Positions 1-7,645 of a stretch of DNA of 64,000 nucleotides are shown one piece after another. Position 1 is the stretch's first letter. Each line of letters begins with the position of its first letter. The DNA comes from Leptolyngbyaceae cyanobacterium (GTDB taxonomy: Bacteria > Cyanobacteriota > Cyanobacteriia > Phormidesmidales > Phormidesmidaceae). A program made the translations under genes and the position numbers. The stretch is taken from the NCBI GenBank assembly GCA_050331235.1, contig JBHJHA010000059.1, positions 1 to 64,000 of the forward strand, written 5' to 3'. The notes beneath the pieces were generated by a model that had not been told where the DNA came from, made no database searches, and saw only the letters and a program-made list of their open reading frames with translations.

Positions 1-125
1 AATTCGGTTAATCTCGGTCATGAGGTGGTAGAGGCTAGCGATGTGGTAAGTTCTAGCTCACCGCCTCGCCCCTCAATTTGTCAAATCCTTATCAGTGCTA
101 GCTTATAGCTTGCAGTACTCCAGTT

Positions 126-308
126 TTGTCCCTGTACTTTGATACCGACCTGACGGTCTCCCTTTACTATCTCTATCAACGGGCGACTCTAGTGGGCGAC
201 AAGTGGCTCTGCGTCGTCGTGAAATATCTGGAAGCCGATGCCTTTATTATCACCGCTTACATTACCGACAAAATCAAACCAGGAGCGCAAATATGGCCCA
301 ATCCGTAA
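126..308 (+). pseudogene. 5'-truncated small toxin-like gene (DUF4258/RelE-like partner of DUF2283)
   Basis: C-terminal motif VGDKWLCVVVKYLEADAFIITAYITDK; overlaps the start of the DUF2283 gene; no convincing N-terminus. Confidence 0.55.
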
Positions 309-511
309 AAATTTGGTTTGATGCCGAAGCAGATTTCTTGGAAGTTCTGTTTTCTGATGGCCCCGGATTTATGCGCGAGACCGATAACGACGCCGTCATG
401 GAACGGGTTGACGCGCAGGGCAACATCTTGGGATTTTCGGTGCTGAATGTCAGTCAGCTTGCTAAAGAGAAGCCGCTTTATGCTCGGTTAATTGCTGGGA
501 ATGTCGCTTAG
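293..511 (+). CDS. DUF2283 family putative antitoxin
   Basis: AGGAG at 281-285, ATG 293; VKIWFDAEADFLEVLF...RVDAQGNILGFSVLN fits DUF2283. Confidence 0.75.
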   Translation: MAQSVKIWFDAEADFLEVLFSDGPGFMRETDNDAVMERVDAQGNILGFSVLNVSQLAKEKPLYARLIAGNVA

Positions 512-562
512 AATTTCATGTGAAGTAGGCATCGTATGCCGCCTGCGCCAAGGTCTAGAGAC

Positions 563-779
563 ATAAGAATTCAATATTTTCCTGAAACCGACACGCTCTC
601 CATTCGCCTGAACGATACGCCGAGTATTGAGTCAGAGGAAATTGCGCCGGATGTTGTGGTCGATTTTGGATAAGGCGGGCGGTGTGGTTGGTGTAGAAAT
701 TGACTTTGCCTCCAACAAAGTTGATCTAACAAATTTAGATTTGAAAGGATTGCTGATACCGGAAGTAGCGGCACAATAA
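563..779 (+). pseudogene. DUF2283 family pseudogene
   Basis: ATA in place of ATG; IRIQYFPETDTLSIRL...EEIAPDVVVDF, then +1 frameshift near 668 into DKAGGVVGVEIDFASNKVDL...AAQ* (TAA 777-779). Confidence 0.7.
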
Positions 780-853
780 GGGAAGGTAAATATAACCACA
801 CCTTGATTCAGACATTTGGTGCTGAAGGCGATGCTCCGTAGAGTTGCGAAAGC

Positions 854-1837
854 ATGAGTTTTATTTTTATCAGCTACAGTCGGCAAGACCAAGCCTACGT
901 CAGCACTTTGGTATAGGCGCTACAGTCGCACCGTCTGCCGATCTGGATTGACGATCGCATTGACTACGGAACCGATTGGCCCGATGGCATCGAAGAACAT
1001 TTAGAACAGAGTGCCGTATTTCTGCTGGTGATGTCGCCTCGCTCAAAGAGTTCACATTGGGTCAACTGTGAGCTGACACGGGCGATCGAACTTGACAAGC
1101 CGATTTTTCCGCTATTACTCGAAGGTCAGCGCTGGCTACAGGTTGCGACCAAGCAATCGGTCGATGTCATTGGCGGCAAGCTGCCAGAAGCCCGCTTTTT
1201 TGATGCCCTGCGAAAGTATTTTCCGATGCCAGTGGATACGGCAGACTCTTTGGCCGTGAAAACGGTGGTGGAAGAAAAAATCCCGCCTGTGCCCAGACCC
1301 TCAGTTGAAATGCCGACCAAACCGACTGAAATTGAGCTGAAGTCGGACAAGGGCGTTGACTATCAGGAACTGCAACGGCTGCTACAAGAAAAAAAATGGC
1401 GCAAAGCTGATATAGAGACGATTCATCGAATGGCGGAAGCCCTAGGCCTAGACCAAAACGACCCAATTCGCTCCAAAGCGTTGCAGACCTTTCCATGTGC
1501 TGACCTAAAAACGATTGACGCCTTGTGGAAGCACTACAGCTGTGGCAAATTTAGCTACAGCGTGCAGAAAAATATTTGGCAAGAGTGCGGCAGCCCGACT
1601 GATGTCGGAAAAGATTGGGATCGGTTTTGTGCTAGGATTGGTTGGAAAAATACCAACGGAAACTACTCGGGCTACAGCAAACTAACAGCAGATCCCAATT
1701 TTTCCCCGCTCGGCGAATTTCCCTATTGTGGTCGTTTTGTTGGTTGGGGTCGGCTCGGTATTTGGATTGTTAATATCCGCACGGTCTCTTCTCTCTTAGC
1801 CAGACTTGTAAACTGCGATAGCGATTTTAGAATTTAG
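854..1837 (+). pseudogene. TIR domain + GUN4 domain protein with premature in-frame TAG at 914-916
   Basis: ATG 854 gives MSFIFISYSRQD...WIDDRIDYG...SKSSHWVNCEL (TIR), in frame with ORF 1028-1837 carrying GVDYQELQRLLQEKKWRKADIET...FPCADLKTIDALW...GKFSYSVQKNIW (GUN4). Confidence 0.85.
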
Positions 1838-1933
1838 ATTTTGGATTTTCGATTGTTGGTTTGGTAGTGCAAAGTCTCGATGGATGCGACGATCATGTTT
1901 AGATTTTGGATTTTAGAGTTTGGATTTTTGATT
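1824..1933. repeat. Two short tandem heptamer arrays (ATTTTGG-like) at 1824-1854 and 1897-1933
   Basis: attttag aatttag attttgg attttcg and gtttag attttgg attttag agtttgg atttttg read directly. Confidence 0.85.
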
Positions 1934-2289
1934 GCTTTGCCTAGAGCGTAGGGTTTTGATGGACGCAACAATCATGGCGACGATTTCGTTGATTTCTGTC
2001 ATCAAACTTGCGACTTTTGCTTCAGGAATCAGGTCTGATTCAACCAGCAACTCTAGCCAGTACAGGCACTCATCGGCTTCTTCTTCAACAATGCTCAGTT
2101 TAGCAATCATGTCTGCTTTAGATTTGGCGCGGCAGGCAGCGCGATAATTTGCACCTACCGATGTTGCACATCGGATGAGTTGTCTTCCCACGATTGCCGC
2201 CGAAGGCTCTTGGGGTAATGCTTCTGCTAACCGAATCACCCTCTCAACGCTAATACCTTCGTTCTCTGCTTAAACGCCGCCTCATTCAA
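1913..2289 (-). pseudogene. Four-helix-bundle protein (23S rRNA IVP / TIGR02436-like, Avd-related fold), frameshifted
   Basis: TTG 2289 MNEAAFKQRTKVLALR, 2-nt insertion near 2242, then VIRLAEALP...QLIRCATSVGANYRAACRAKSKADMIAKLSIVEEEADECLYWLELL. Confidence 0.85.
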
Positions 2290-2333
2290 CTGCTACCCCC
2301 CAAAATCTCTCCCAAAGCATTCCCTCAACCATT

Positions 2334-2352
2334 CCAAAATCCAAACTCTAAA
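2334..2352. repeat. Heptamer array inverted relative to 1912-1930
   Basis: ccaaaatccaaactctaaa; its reverse complement matches 1912-1930 at 18/19 nt. Confidence 0.8.
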
Positions 2353-2367
2353 CGTCAAATAAGATGA

Positions 2368-2652
2368 TCAAGATTCAGGGTCGCTATCGAGATTGTGAAC
2401 AACAAATTGATGGAGTAGGTTAGCAATCACTACCGATACAGAGGATTCTGCTTGACTTGCTAACTCTTGTAAAAACGCTAAATCTCTTGATGGAAGCTCA
2501 ACTTGAACTGCATGAAGCTCACCCAACTGAGCTTGGGCATAGCTCTGGTAACGGTTGATTTCCTGCTCTAGATTGAGGACTGAGTGCCACTCACCTTGCT
2601 CTACAGACTCCAGAATGTTTTGTTCTTCGGGAGTTAGTTGGTTATTCATCAT
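2368..2652 (-). CDS. Antitoxin (CopG/RHH-like) of BrnT-type TA pair, copy 1
   Basis: LTPEEQNILESVEQGEW N-terminus; overlaps the toxin stop; paralog of 6112-6423. Confidence 0.7.
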   Translation of the reverse strand: MMNNQLTPEEQNILESVEQGEWHSVLNLEQEINRYQSYAQAQLGELHAVQVELPSRDLAFLQELASQAESSVSVVIANLLHQFVVHNLDSDPES

Positions 2653-2926
2653 CGGCTTCTCCTAAATATTTTTTCTTCATCTTGCGACTTGGGATAATGG
2701 TTTTCAAAAAAATCGCGTGTTCGCTTTCAACAAAGGGAACAAGATAGACGTATTGGTTAATAGCTAGAACAAAAATCCGCTGTGATGGATACTTTTCCTG
2801 ATTGGGATGTTCAATAATGTCGAGAATGTTGCCCTGATTAATCGCTAATGCAACAGTGTCGAAGTCAATGCCCCTGGTCGCTTGCAGCGACTTACTCTTG
2901 TCAGGATTCCATTGCAGCCGCTTCAT
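2642..2926 (-). CDS. BrnT-family toxin, copy 1
   Basis: WNPDKSKSL..TRGIDF...HPNQEKYPSQRIFV...YVYLVPFVE....FLKTIIPSRK. Confidence 0.8.
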   Translation of the reverse strand: MKRLQWNPDKSKSLQATRGIDFDTVALAINQGNILDIIEHPNQEKYPSQRIFVLAINQYVYLVPFVESEHAIFLKTIIPSRKMKKKYLGEADDE

Positions 2927-2968
2927 GATATTTGCTTAAACTATAGCGAAAGGAGTCAGTGTCGATAA

Positions 2969-3574
2969 CTAACGAGGCATCACCTCATCTAGAATCAACG
3001 CCAGTTCAGGAAACGTCGGCGAATTGATGGCCTGACCCAGCCGAAAGGTGCTTTTCACGTAGTCCTCATCCCTAAGCTGACAGACCGTGAACGTGGGTTG
3101 CTTGGGCCGACAAATAAACGCCACACCGCCTAGTCCACGAAAATCGACAATCCAATATTCAGGAATGCCCATCAGTGCGTACTCTTCGACTTTACAGGCG
3201 TAGTCGGTTTCCCAGTTGGTGCTCACGACCTCGACTACGAGCTTGACTGAGGTGCCCTGGGTGATGACTGACTCCCGCTTCCACAACGGCTCGTCGCTCA
3301 ATGCCGACTCATCCAATACAGTGACATCAGGCCTTCTCGCAGTGGCTTGGTTGCTAAAGGGTCGCAAAATGCACGTTCGGGGAATTAACCAGGCAGTGCC
3401 CATCTGCTCAATGGCTAAATTCAGCTTACTAGCCACCTTTCCCGCAACCGCTTCGTGGGGGCCAGTCGGTTCCATCTTAATGAGTTCTCCGTCAGCCAAC
3501 TCAAAGGCGGGCTCATCGCGATATTGAGCCAAAAAGTCATCAAAGGTTAGCAGTTGCGAGGGGGCGTACGTCAT
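2969..3574 (-). CDS. Uma2 family (DUF820) PD-(D/E)xK endonuclease, copy 1
   Basis: FELADGELI.M.PTGPHE, RRPDV, LVVEVVST, EEYALMGIPEYWIVD. Confidence 0.9.
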   Translation of the reverse strand: MTYAPSQLLTFDDFLAQYRDEPAFELADGELIKMEPTGPHEAVAGKVASKLNLAIEQMGTAWLIPRTCILRPFSNQATARRPDVTVLDESALSDEPLWKRESVITQGTSVKLVVEVVSTNWETDYACKVEEYALMGIPEYWIVDFRGLGGVAFICRPKQPTFTVCQLRDEDYVKSTFRLGQAINSPTFPELALILDEVMPR

Positions 3575-3653
3575 GGCAACACGTCGCAGTTAATGGCTCA
3601 ACTATAGCGAAAAGGAGCGATCGCCCACCCCCTCATGAGACTTAGAATCAAAC

Positions 3654-3980
3654 CTAAAACTGTGGCTGAATCAATTGCTGCCAGGTGGCTTTGAGGGTGG
3701 CGGCGGTTGCTGGACTGACCGTACCAATCCTCGCCAGCAAGAGAGACTGCTCAAGGCAATCGAGCCGCGATAATCGCACCGTTGAGGGCACTCTCAAGCC
3801 GCTGGCTTGCCAGTCTGTCACGGCGATATCAGTCGGTGTCCGGGGTGGAGCAGAGGTGACAGCAGCGACCACGGTATCCCGACCGTCTAACCAAAGAATT
3901 AAAACCGGGCGCTTTTTGGCCGCACTGCCGTCGGTGAAGGGAATGTTGGCGATCCAGAAATCACCCGGCGATATCGTCAT
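3654..3980 (-). CDS. PemK/MazF-family toxin
   Basis: GDFWIANIPFTDGSAAKKRPVLIL...AAVTS...WQASGLRVPSTVR. Confidence 0.85.
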   Translation of the reverse strand: MTISPGDFWIANIPFTDGSAAKKRPVLILWLDGRDTVVAAVTSAPPRTPTDIAVTDWQASGLRVPSTVRLSRLDCLEQSLLLARIGTVSPATAATLKATWQQLIQPQF

Positions 3981-4203
3981 ACAGTCCCTCATCGGCAGCG
4001 CTGTAGCTATTGAGGAAGGCGCTGTGGTCTCTAATCGGCAGTGATAAAACGGTAGTTGCTTCAGGAGAGGAGGTCACCGCTTCTGCTTGGACCGTGGTGT
4101 TTTGTTTTGCTTGAATGTAAGTCGTGATGAAGAGATACACCTCGTTGAGCAACGCTTCATCGAGTCTGTCGAGTTCTGCTTGAATGAGGTCTTTGGTGGA
4201 CAT
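3961..4203 (-). CDS. Small acidic putative antitoxin of the PemK toxin
   Basis: 80 aa, lies upstream of and overlaps the toxin; acidic tail AFLNSYSAADEGLYDD. Confidence 0.6.
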   Translation of the reverse strand: MSTKDLIQAELDRLDEALLNEVYLFITTYIQAKQNTTVQAEAVTSSPEATTVLSLPIRDHSAFLNSYSAADEGLYDDIAG

Positions 4204-4284
4204 TGCTGATGGGTTAGTGGCTGCTTACTAGGATAGTGCGATCGCTGCTCCCGCCCACAATAGTCTAGCCAGCAGCACCCAGCC

Positions 4285-5403
4285 TCACAACGAAAGGCAA
4301 TCTTCTATATCCCAGATGATCAGGGTATTCCCTTCATTCGTCACCAGCTTCCTGCCATCGGGAGATACTTCAAAATGTCCATTCACGGAAGCCCCATGCA
4401 TCATTCTGGCAGTAGAGCATAATGGTTCTCCTGAATCGAGATTCCATACAGTGATCAAACCCATAACAGTGTCGATGCCATTATTCCAACTTGAAGTAAC
4501 TGCAACAAGGTTCTTCCCTGGTATCACCTCAATCGCTCTGTGATCGAAAGGTGTCCGAATACTCAAATCTTGAACAACATCACCTGTTTCGATGTTTCTA
4601 ATTTCCAAGAGTCCGTCATCCCCTGGAATCAATATTTGCCCGTTTGCTAAGAAGGCACTAATTCGATGAACTTTGGAACTATCAATCTCTATAGACCCTA
4701 TCAATTCACGGTTTTCAATATCAAATACATAAATCTTTCTTTTGTTATTAATTTCTGTCCCATGTTGAGCATAAGCAAGAGCAGTTAGATATCTTCCATC
4801 ATGGGAGAATTTTATGATATCCCAGGTGTAGCCACTATCTTTTATTGAAAAGAGTTCGATTTCTTCTTCAGTTTGGATATCAAGCAAAGTAAGCGGCCCC
4901 AAATAAGTACCTCTAGCTAAAATTTGCTGAGAGTGAGAAAAATCGCTGTTGAGCGAGTAGATTGTTTGTGGGCCTCTTTCCACTGAACCTTTTACTACAG
5001 TTCTTTCTTTGACACCACTGCCTATATTCAATAAAGCAATTTCTCCAGAAGTATCTACCACAAGGATTTCTTGTGAATCGTTTAAGACAAAGATGCTCTC
5101 TGAATTATTGCCAATTTCGGTTTCTAGAGTTTGTATAAGTCTCCGCTCATTAATGTCCCAAATTTCAACTGTACTGTTTTCCGGCCCTGCCGAAAACTCT
5201 TTTTCGCCAGTCACTAACAACAAATTCTTGTTGGGTGCAAAATCAATTGCGGTGATAATCTCAAAACTTGGCTCAATCCTATACGACTTTAAATTAGAGT
5301 CTTCTGTCTCTAATTCAGATGGAGGAATGAGAAAACAAGCAGAGGCAAAGCAAGATAACGATAATAATGTTGAAAAAGAGCCGATTTTACGTAAATTCAT
5401 CAT
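4285..5403 (-). CDS. WD40-repeat (beta-propeller) putative lipoprotein
   Basis: Signal peptide ending ..FASAC; repeats TVEIWDI, IKFSHDGRYL, ITVWNL, VSPDGRKLV..LIIWDI; visibly AT-rich. Confidence 0.75.
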   Translation of the reverse strand: MMNLRKIGSFSTLLSLSCFASACFLIPPSELETEDSNLKSYRIEPSFEIITAIDFAPNKNLLLVTGEKEFSAGPENSTVEIWDINERRLIQTLETEIGNNSESIFVLNDSQEILVVDTSGEIALLNIGSGVKERTVVKGSVERGPQTIYSLNSDFSHSQQILARGTYLGPLTLLDIQTEEEIELFSIKDSGYTWDIIKFSHDGRYLTALAYAQHGTEINNKRKIYVFDIENRELIGSIEIDSSKVHRISAFLANGQILIPGDDGLLEIRNIETGDVVQDLSIRTPFDHRAIEVIPGKNLVAVTSSWNNGIDTVMGLITVWNLDSGEPLCSTARMMHGASVNGHFEVSPDGRKLVTNEGNTLIIWDIEDCLSL

Positions 5404-5497
5404 GGCTAGCAGTCAATCGAAAGTCTCTTGCAGATCATTAAACGCCGTTACCTGCTGAAAACACCACCGGAAAAAACCTGAGATACACAACCCATCA

Positions 5498-6103
5498 TCA
5501 TCGGGGCATTACATTATCTAGCTTTAAAGCCAGCTCAGGAAATGCTGGCGAGATGATTTCCTGCCCGAGCCGAAACGTGTTTTTCGCATAGTCCTCATCC
5601 ACGAGCTGACACACTGTGAACGTGGGTTGTTTAGGCCGACCAATAAACGCCACACCGCCCAACCCGCGAAAATCCACAATCCAATATTCAGGAATGCCCA
5701 TCAGCGCGTACTCTTCGACCTTGCGGGCATAGTCGGTTTCCCAGTTCGGGCTGACGACCTCGACCACCAACTTGACTGAGGTGCCCTGAGTGATGACTGG
5801 CTCTCGCTCCCACAACGGCTCGTCGCTCAATACCAACTCATCCAACACAGTGACATCAGGCCGTCTCGCAGTGGCTTGATCGCTAAAGGGTCGCAAAATG
5901 CAGGTTCGGGGAATTAACCAAGCAATGCCCATCTGCGCAATGGCCAAATTCAGCTTGCTGGCTAACTTTCCCGCAACCGCTTCGTGTGGCCCAGTCGGTT
6001 CCATGTCGATGAGTTCTCCATCGGCCAGTTCAAAGGCTGGCTCGTCGCGATACTGAGCCAGAAACTCTTCAAAGGTCAGCAATTGAGAGGGGGCGTATGT
6101 CAT
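5498..6103 (-). CDS. Uma2 family endonuclease, copy 2
   Basis: Same length (606 nt) and near-identical protein to 2969-3574. Confidence 0.9.
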   Translation of the reverse strand: MTYAPSQLLTFEEFLAQYRDEPAFELADGELIDMEPTGPHEAVAGKLASKLNLAIAQMGIAWLIPRTCILRPFSDQATARRPDVTVLDELVLSDEPLWEREPVITQGTSVKLVVEVVSPNWETDYARKVEEYALMGIPEYWIVDFRGLGGVAFIGRPKQPTFTVCQLVDEDYAKNTFRLGQEIISPAFPELALKLDNVMPR

Positions 6104-6111
6104 GGCTGACC

Positions 6112-6423
6112 TCACATTTGAGAATTGACAGGGGCATCGTGAACATCACCCTCGGTGTCAAGGTTGCGTACAACGAACTGATGCAGCAAGTTAGTAATGA
6201 CTACGGTCAAAGAGGTTTCCGTTTCGTTAGCAAGCGCTTGTAAAAACTGAATATCTTGTGAGGGTAGCTCAATCTTAATTTCCTGAAGTTCTCCCAGTTG
6301 GGCTTGCGCATAGGATTGATAGCGTTGAATTTCTTGCTCAAGATTAGGTAGTGATCGCCATTCTCCACGCTCTTCAGAGTCTAAGATTTCTTGCTCCTCA
6401 GGCGTCAGTTGGTCATTCATCAT
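6112..6423 (-). CDS. Antitoxin of BrnT-type TA pair, copy 2
   Basis: Clear paralog of 2368-2652. Confidence 0.7.
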   Translation of the reverse strand: MMNDQLTPEEQEILDSEERGEWRSLPNLEQEIQRYQSYAQAQLGELQEIKIELPSQDIQFLQALANETETSLTVVITNLLHQFVVRNLDTEGDVHDAPVNSQM

Positions 6424-6697
6424 CTATCCCTCCCAAATACTTTTTCTTCTTCTTGCGACTGGGAATAATGGTTTTCAGAAAAACAGCCTGCTCGGATTCT
6501 ATAAAGTGAACGAGATAAACATATTGATTGATGGCAAGAACAAAAATCTGCTGCGACGGAAATTTGTACTGATTGGGATGATCGATAACGTCGAGAATTT
6601 GGCCTTGATTGATCGCCAACGTCACCATATTAAAGTCAATACCTCTGGTCGCTTTCAGCAGTCTGTTTTTGTCAGGGTTCCACAGCAGCGGCTTCAT
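6413..6697 (-). CDS. BrnT-family toxin, copy 2
   Basis: Clear paralog of 2642-2926. Confidence 0.8.
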   Translation of the reverse strand: MKPLLWNPDKNRLLKATRGIDFNMVTLAINQGQILDVIDHPNQYKFPSQQIFVLAINQYVYLVHFIESEQAVFLKTIIPSRKKKKKYLGGIDDE

Positions 6698-6905
6698 GAG
6701 GATCGCTTAAATCATAGCGAAAGGGGGTAGGCGATCGCCCAAAAACGAGGTCAGTCGCTACACTTCTTGCACTGTGATCAGCGTTTCCTGAATCTGCTCC
6801 GATAGGGGGATTTGCAGCAGGATGGCGCGGAGCGGGATAGCTGGCATTGAGGGGGGGTAGCGGCGGCAAATTTTGCTGCTGTTGTGCTTGCTACTGTTTA
6901 GCACG

Positions 6906-7541
6906 TCACTCAGCGTGGCTACCTGCCGCAAAGATTTGAGCAACGGTCAATTCGAAGGTCGGGAATGTGGGAGACAGAATGCGATCTTCACTACGAAACT
7001 GCTGTAGCTCGTATTCACCGTCAACTAATGTACAAACTGTTAACGTTGGCTGTTTAGGATTGCCAATATAGCGCCGTCCACCGATGCCTAGATAATCTAC
7101 AATCCAGTATTCCTGAACACCTAGAGCTTCATAATCGGCCATCTTGACCAGGTAATCGTCGCGCCAATTAGTAGAAACAACTTCTACGACAAGTTTGAGA
7201 GACCGACCATGCTCCAAAATGGATGAACCTTCCCAGCGAGTTTCTTCACTCAGTAGAGGGCGATCGATAACTGCAATATCCGGTTCGTACCCCGTATCGT
7301 CTAGCAATTTGACAATACACTCTCGCGGGATGAAGTAAGGCAATTCTTGTTGATCGATGACACCATTGAGCTTTTTGATTAAGAATCCGGCAATTTCAGA
7401 GTGTTTGCCCCGAGGTTTCGGCATCTCAATAACAACCCCACGCCTTAATTCATAGCGCTGCTCTGACGCTTCGGGATACCACTCCACAAATTCATCAAAC
7501 GATAGAAGTTGTTTGTTAGGCAGGGCAATCATGGCGGTCAA
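6906..7541 (-). CDS. Uma2 family endonuclease, divergent copy 3
   Basis: RYELRRGVVIEMPKPRGKHSEI, YEPDIAV, LVVEVVSTNWRDDY, EYWIVDY. Confidence 0.9.
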   Translation of the reverse strand: MTAMIALPNKQLLSFDEFVEWYPEASEQRYELRRGVVIEMPKPRGKHSEIAGFLIKKLNGVIDQQELPYFIPRECIVKLLDDTGYEPDIAVIDRPLLSEETRWEGSSILEHGRSLKLVVEVVSTNWRDDYLVKMADYEALGVQEYWIVDYLGIGGRRYIGNPKQPTLTVCTLVDGEYELQQFRSEDRILSPTFPTFELTVAQIFAAGSHAE

Positions 7542-7597
7542 GGCTCCCTTACGTTTTACGGTGCCCGTTCTAATAGTTTAAGAGATTCAAAAACTCT

Positions 7598-7630
7598 AAA
7601 ACCCCGGCTTCTCAGAGAAGCCGGGGTTTT
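7598..7630. terminator. 15-bp stem hairpin after chlH
   Basis: aaaaccccggcttct-cag-agaagccggggtttt, 15 nt past the chlH stop. Confidence 0.8.
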
Positions 7631-7645
7631 GAACACTTAACTAAC

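Noticed and set aside
1..21. Possible start of a minus-strand gene (MTEINRI...) leaving the window
   Set aside because: Only seven codons are visible, too few to assign
1824..1933. CRISPR-like repeat-spacer reading
   Set aside because: Repeats are degenerate heptamers with a single spacer, and no cas genes are present
1913..2289. Calling the four-helix gene avd of a complete DGR
   Set aside because: No reverse transcriptase or template repeat in the window; the sequence fits the general IVP-type family and is frameshifted
6758..6943. 61-aa ORF or gene tail between Uma2c and BrnT2
   Set aside because: No recognisable motif and it overlaps the Uma2 end; may be a remnant but unsupported
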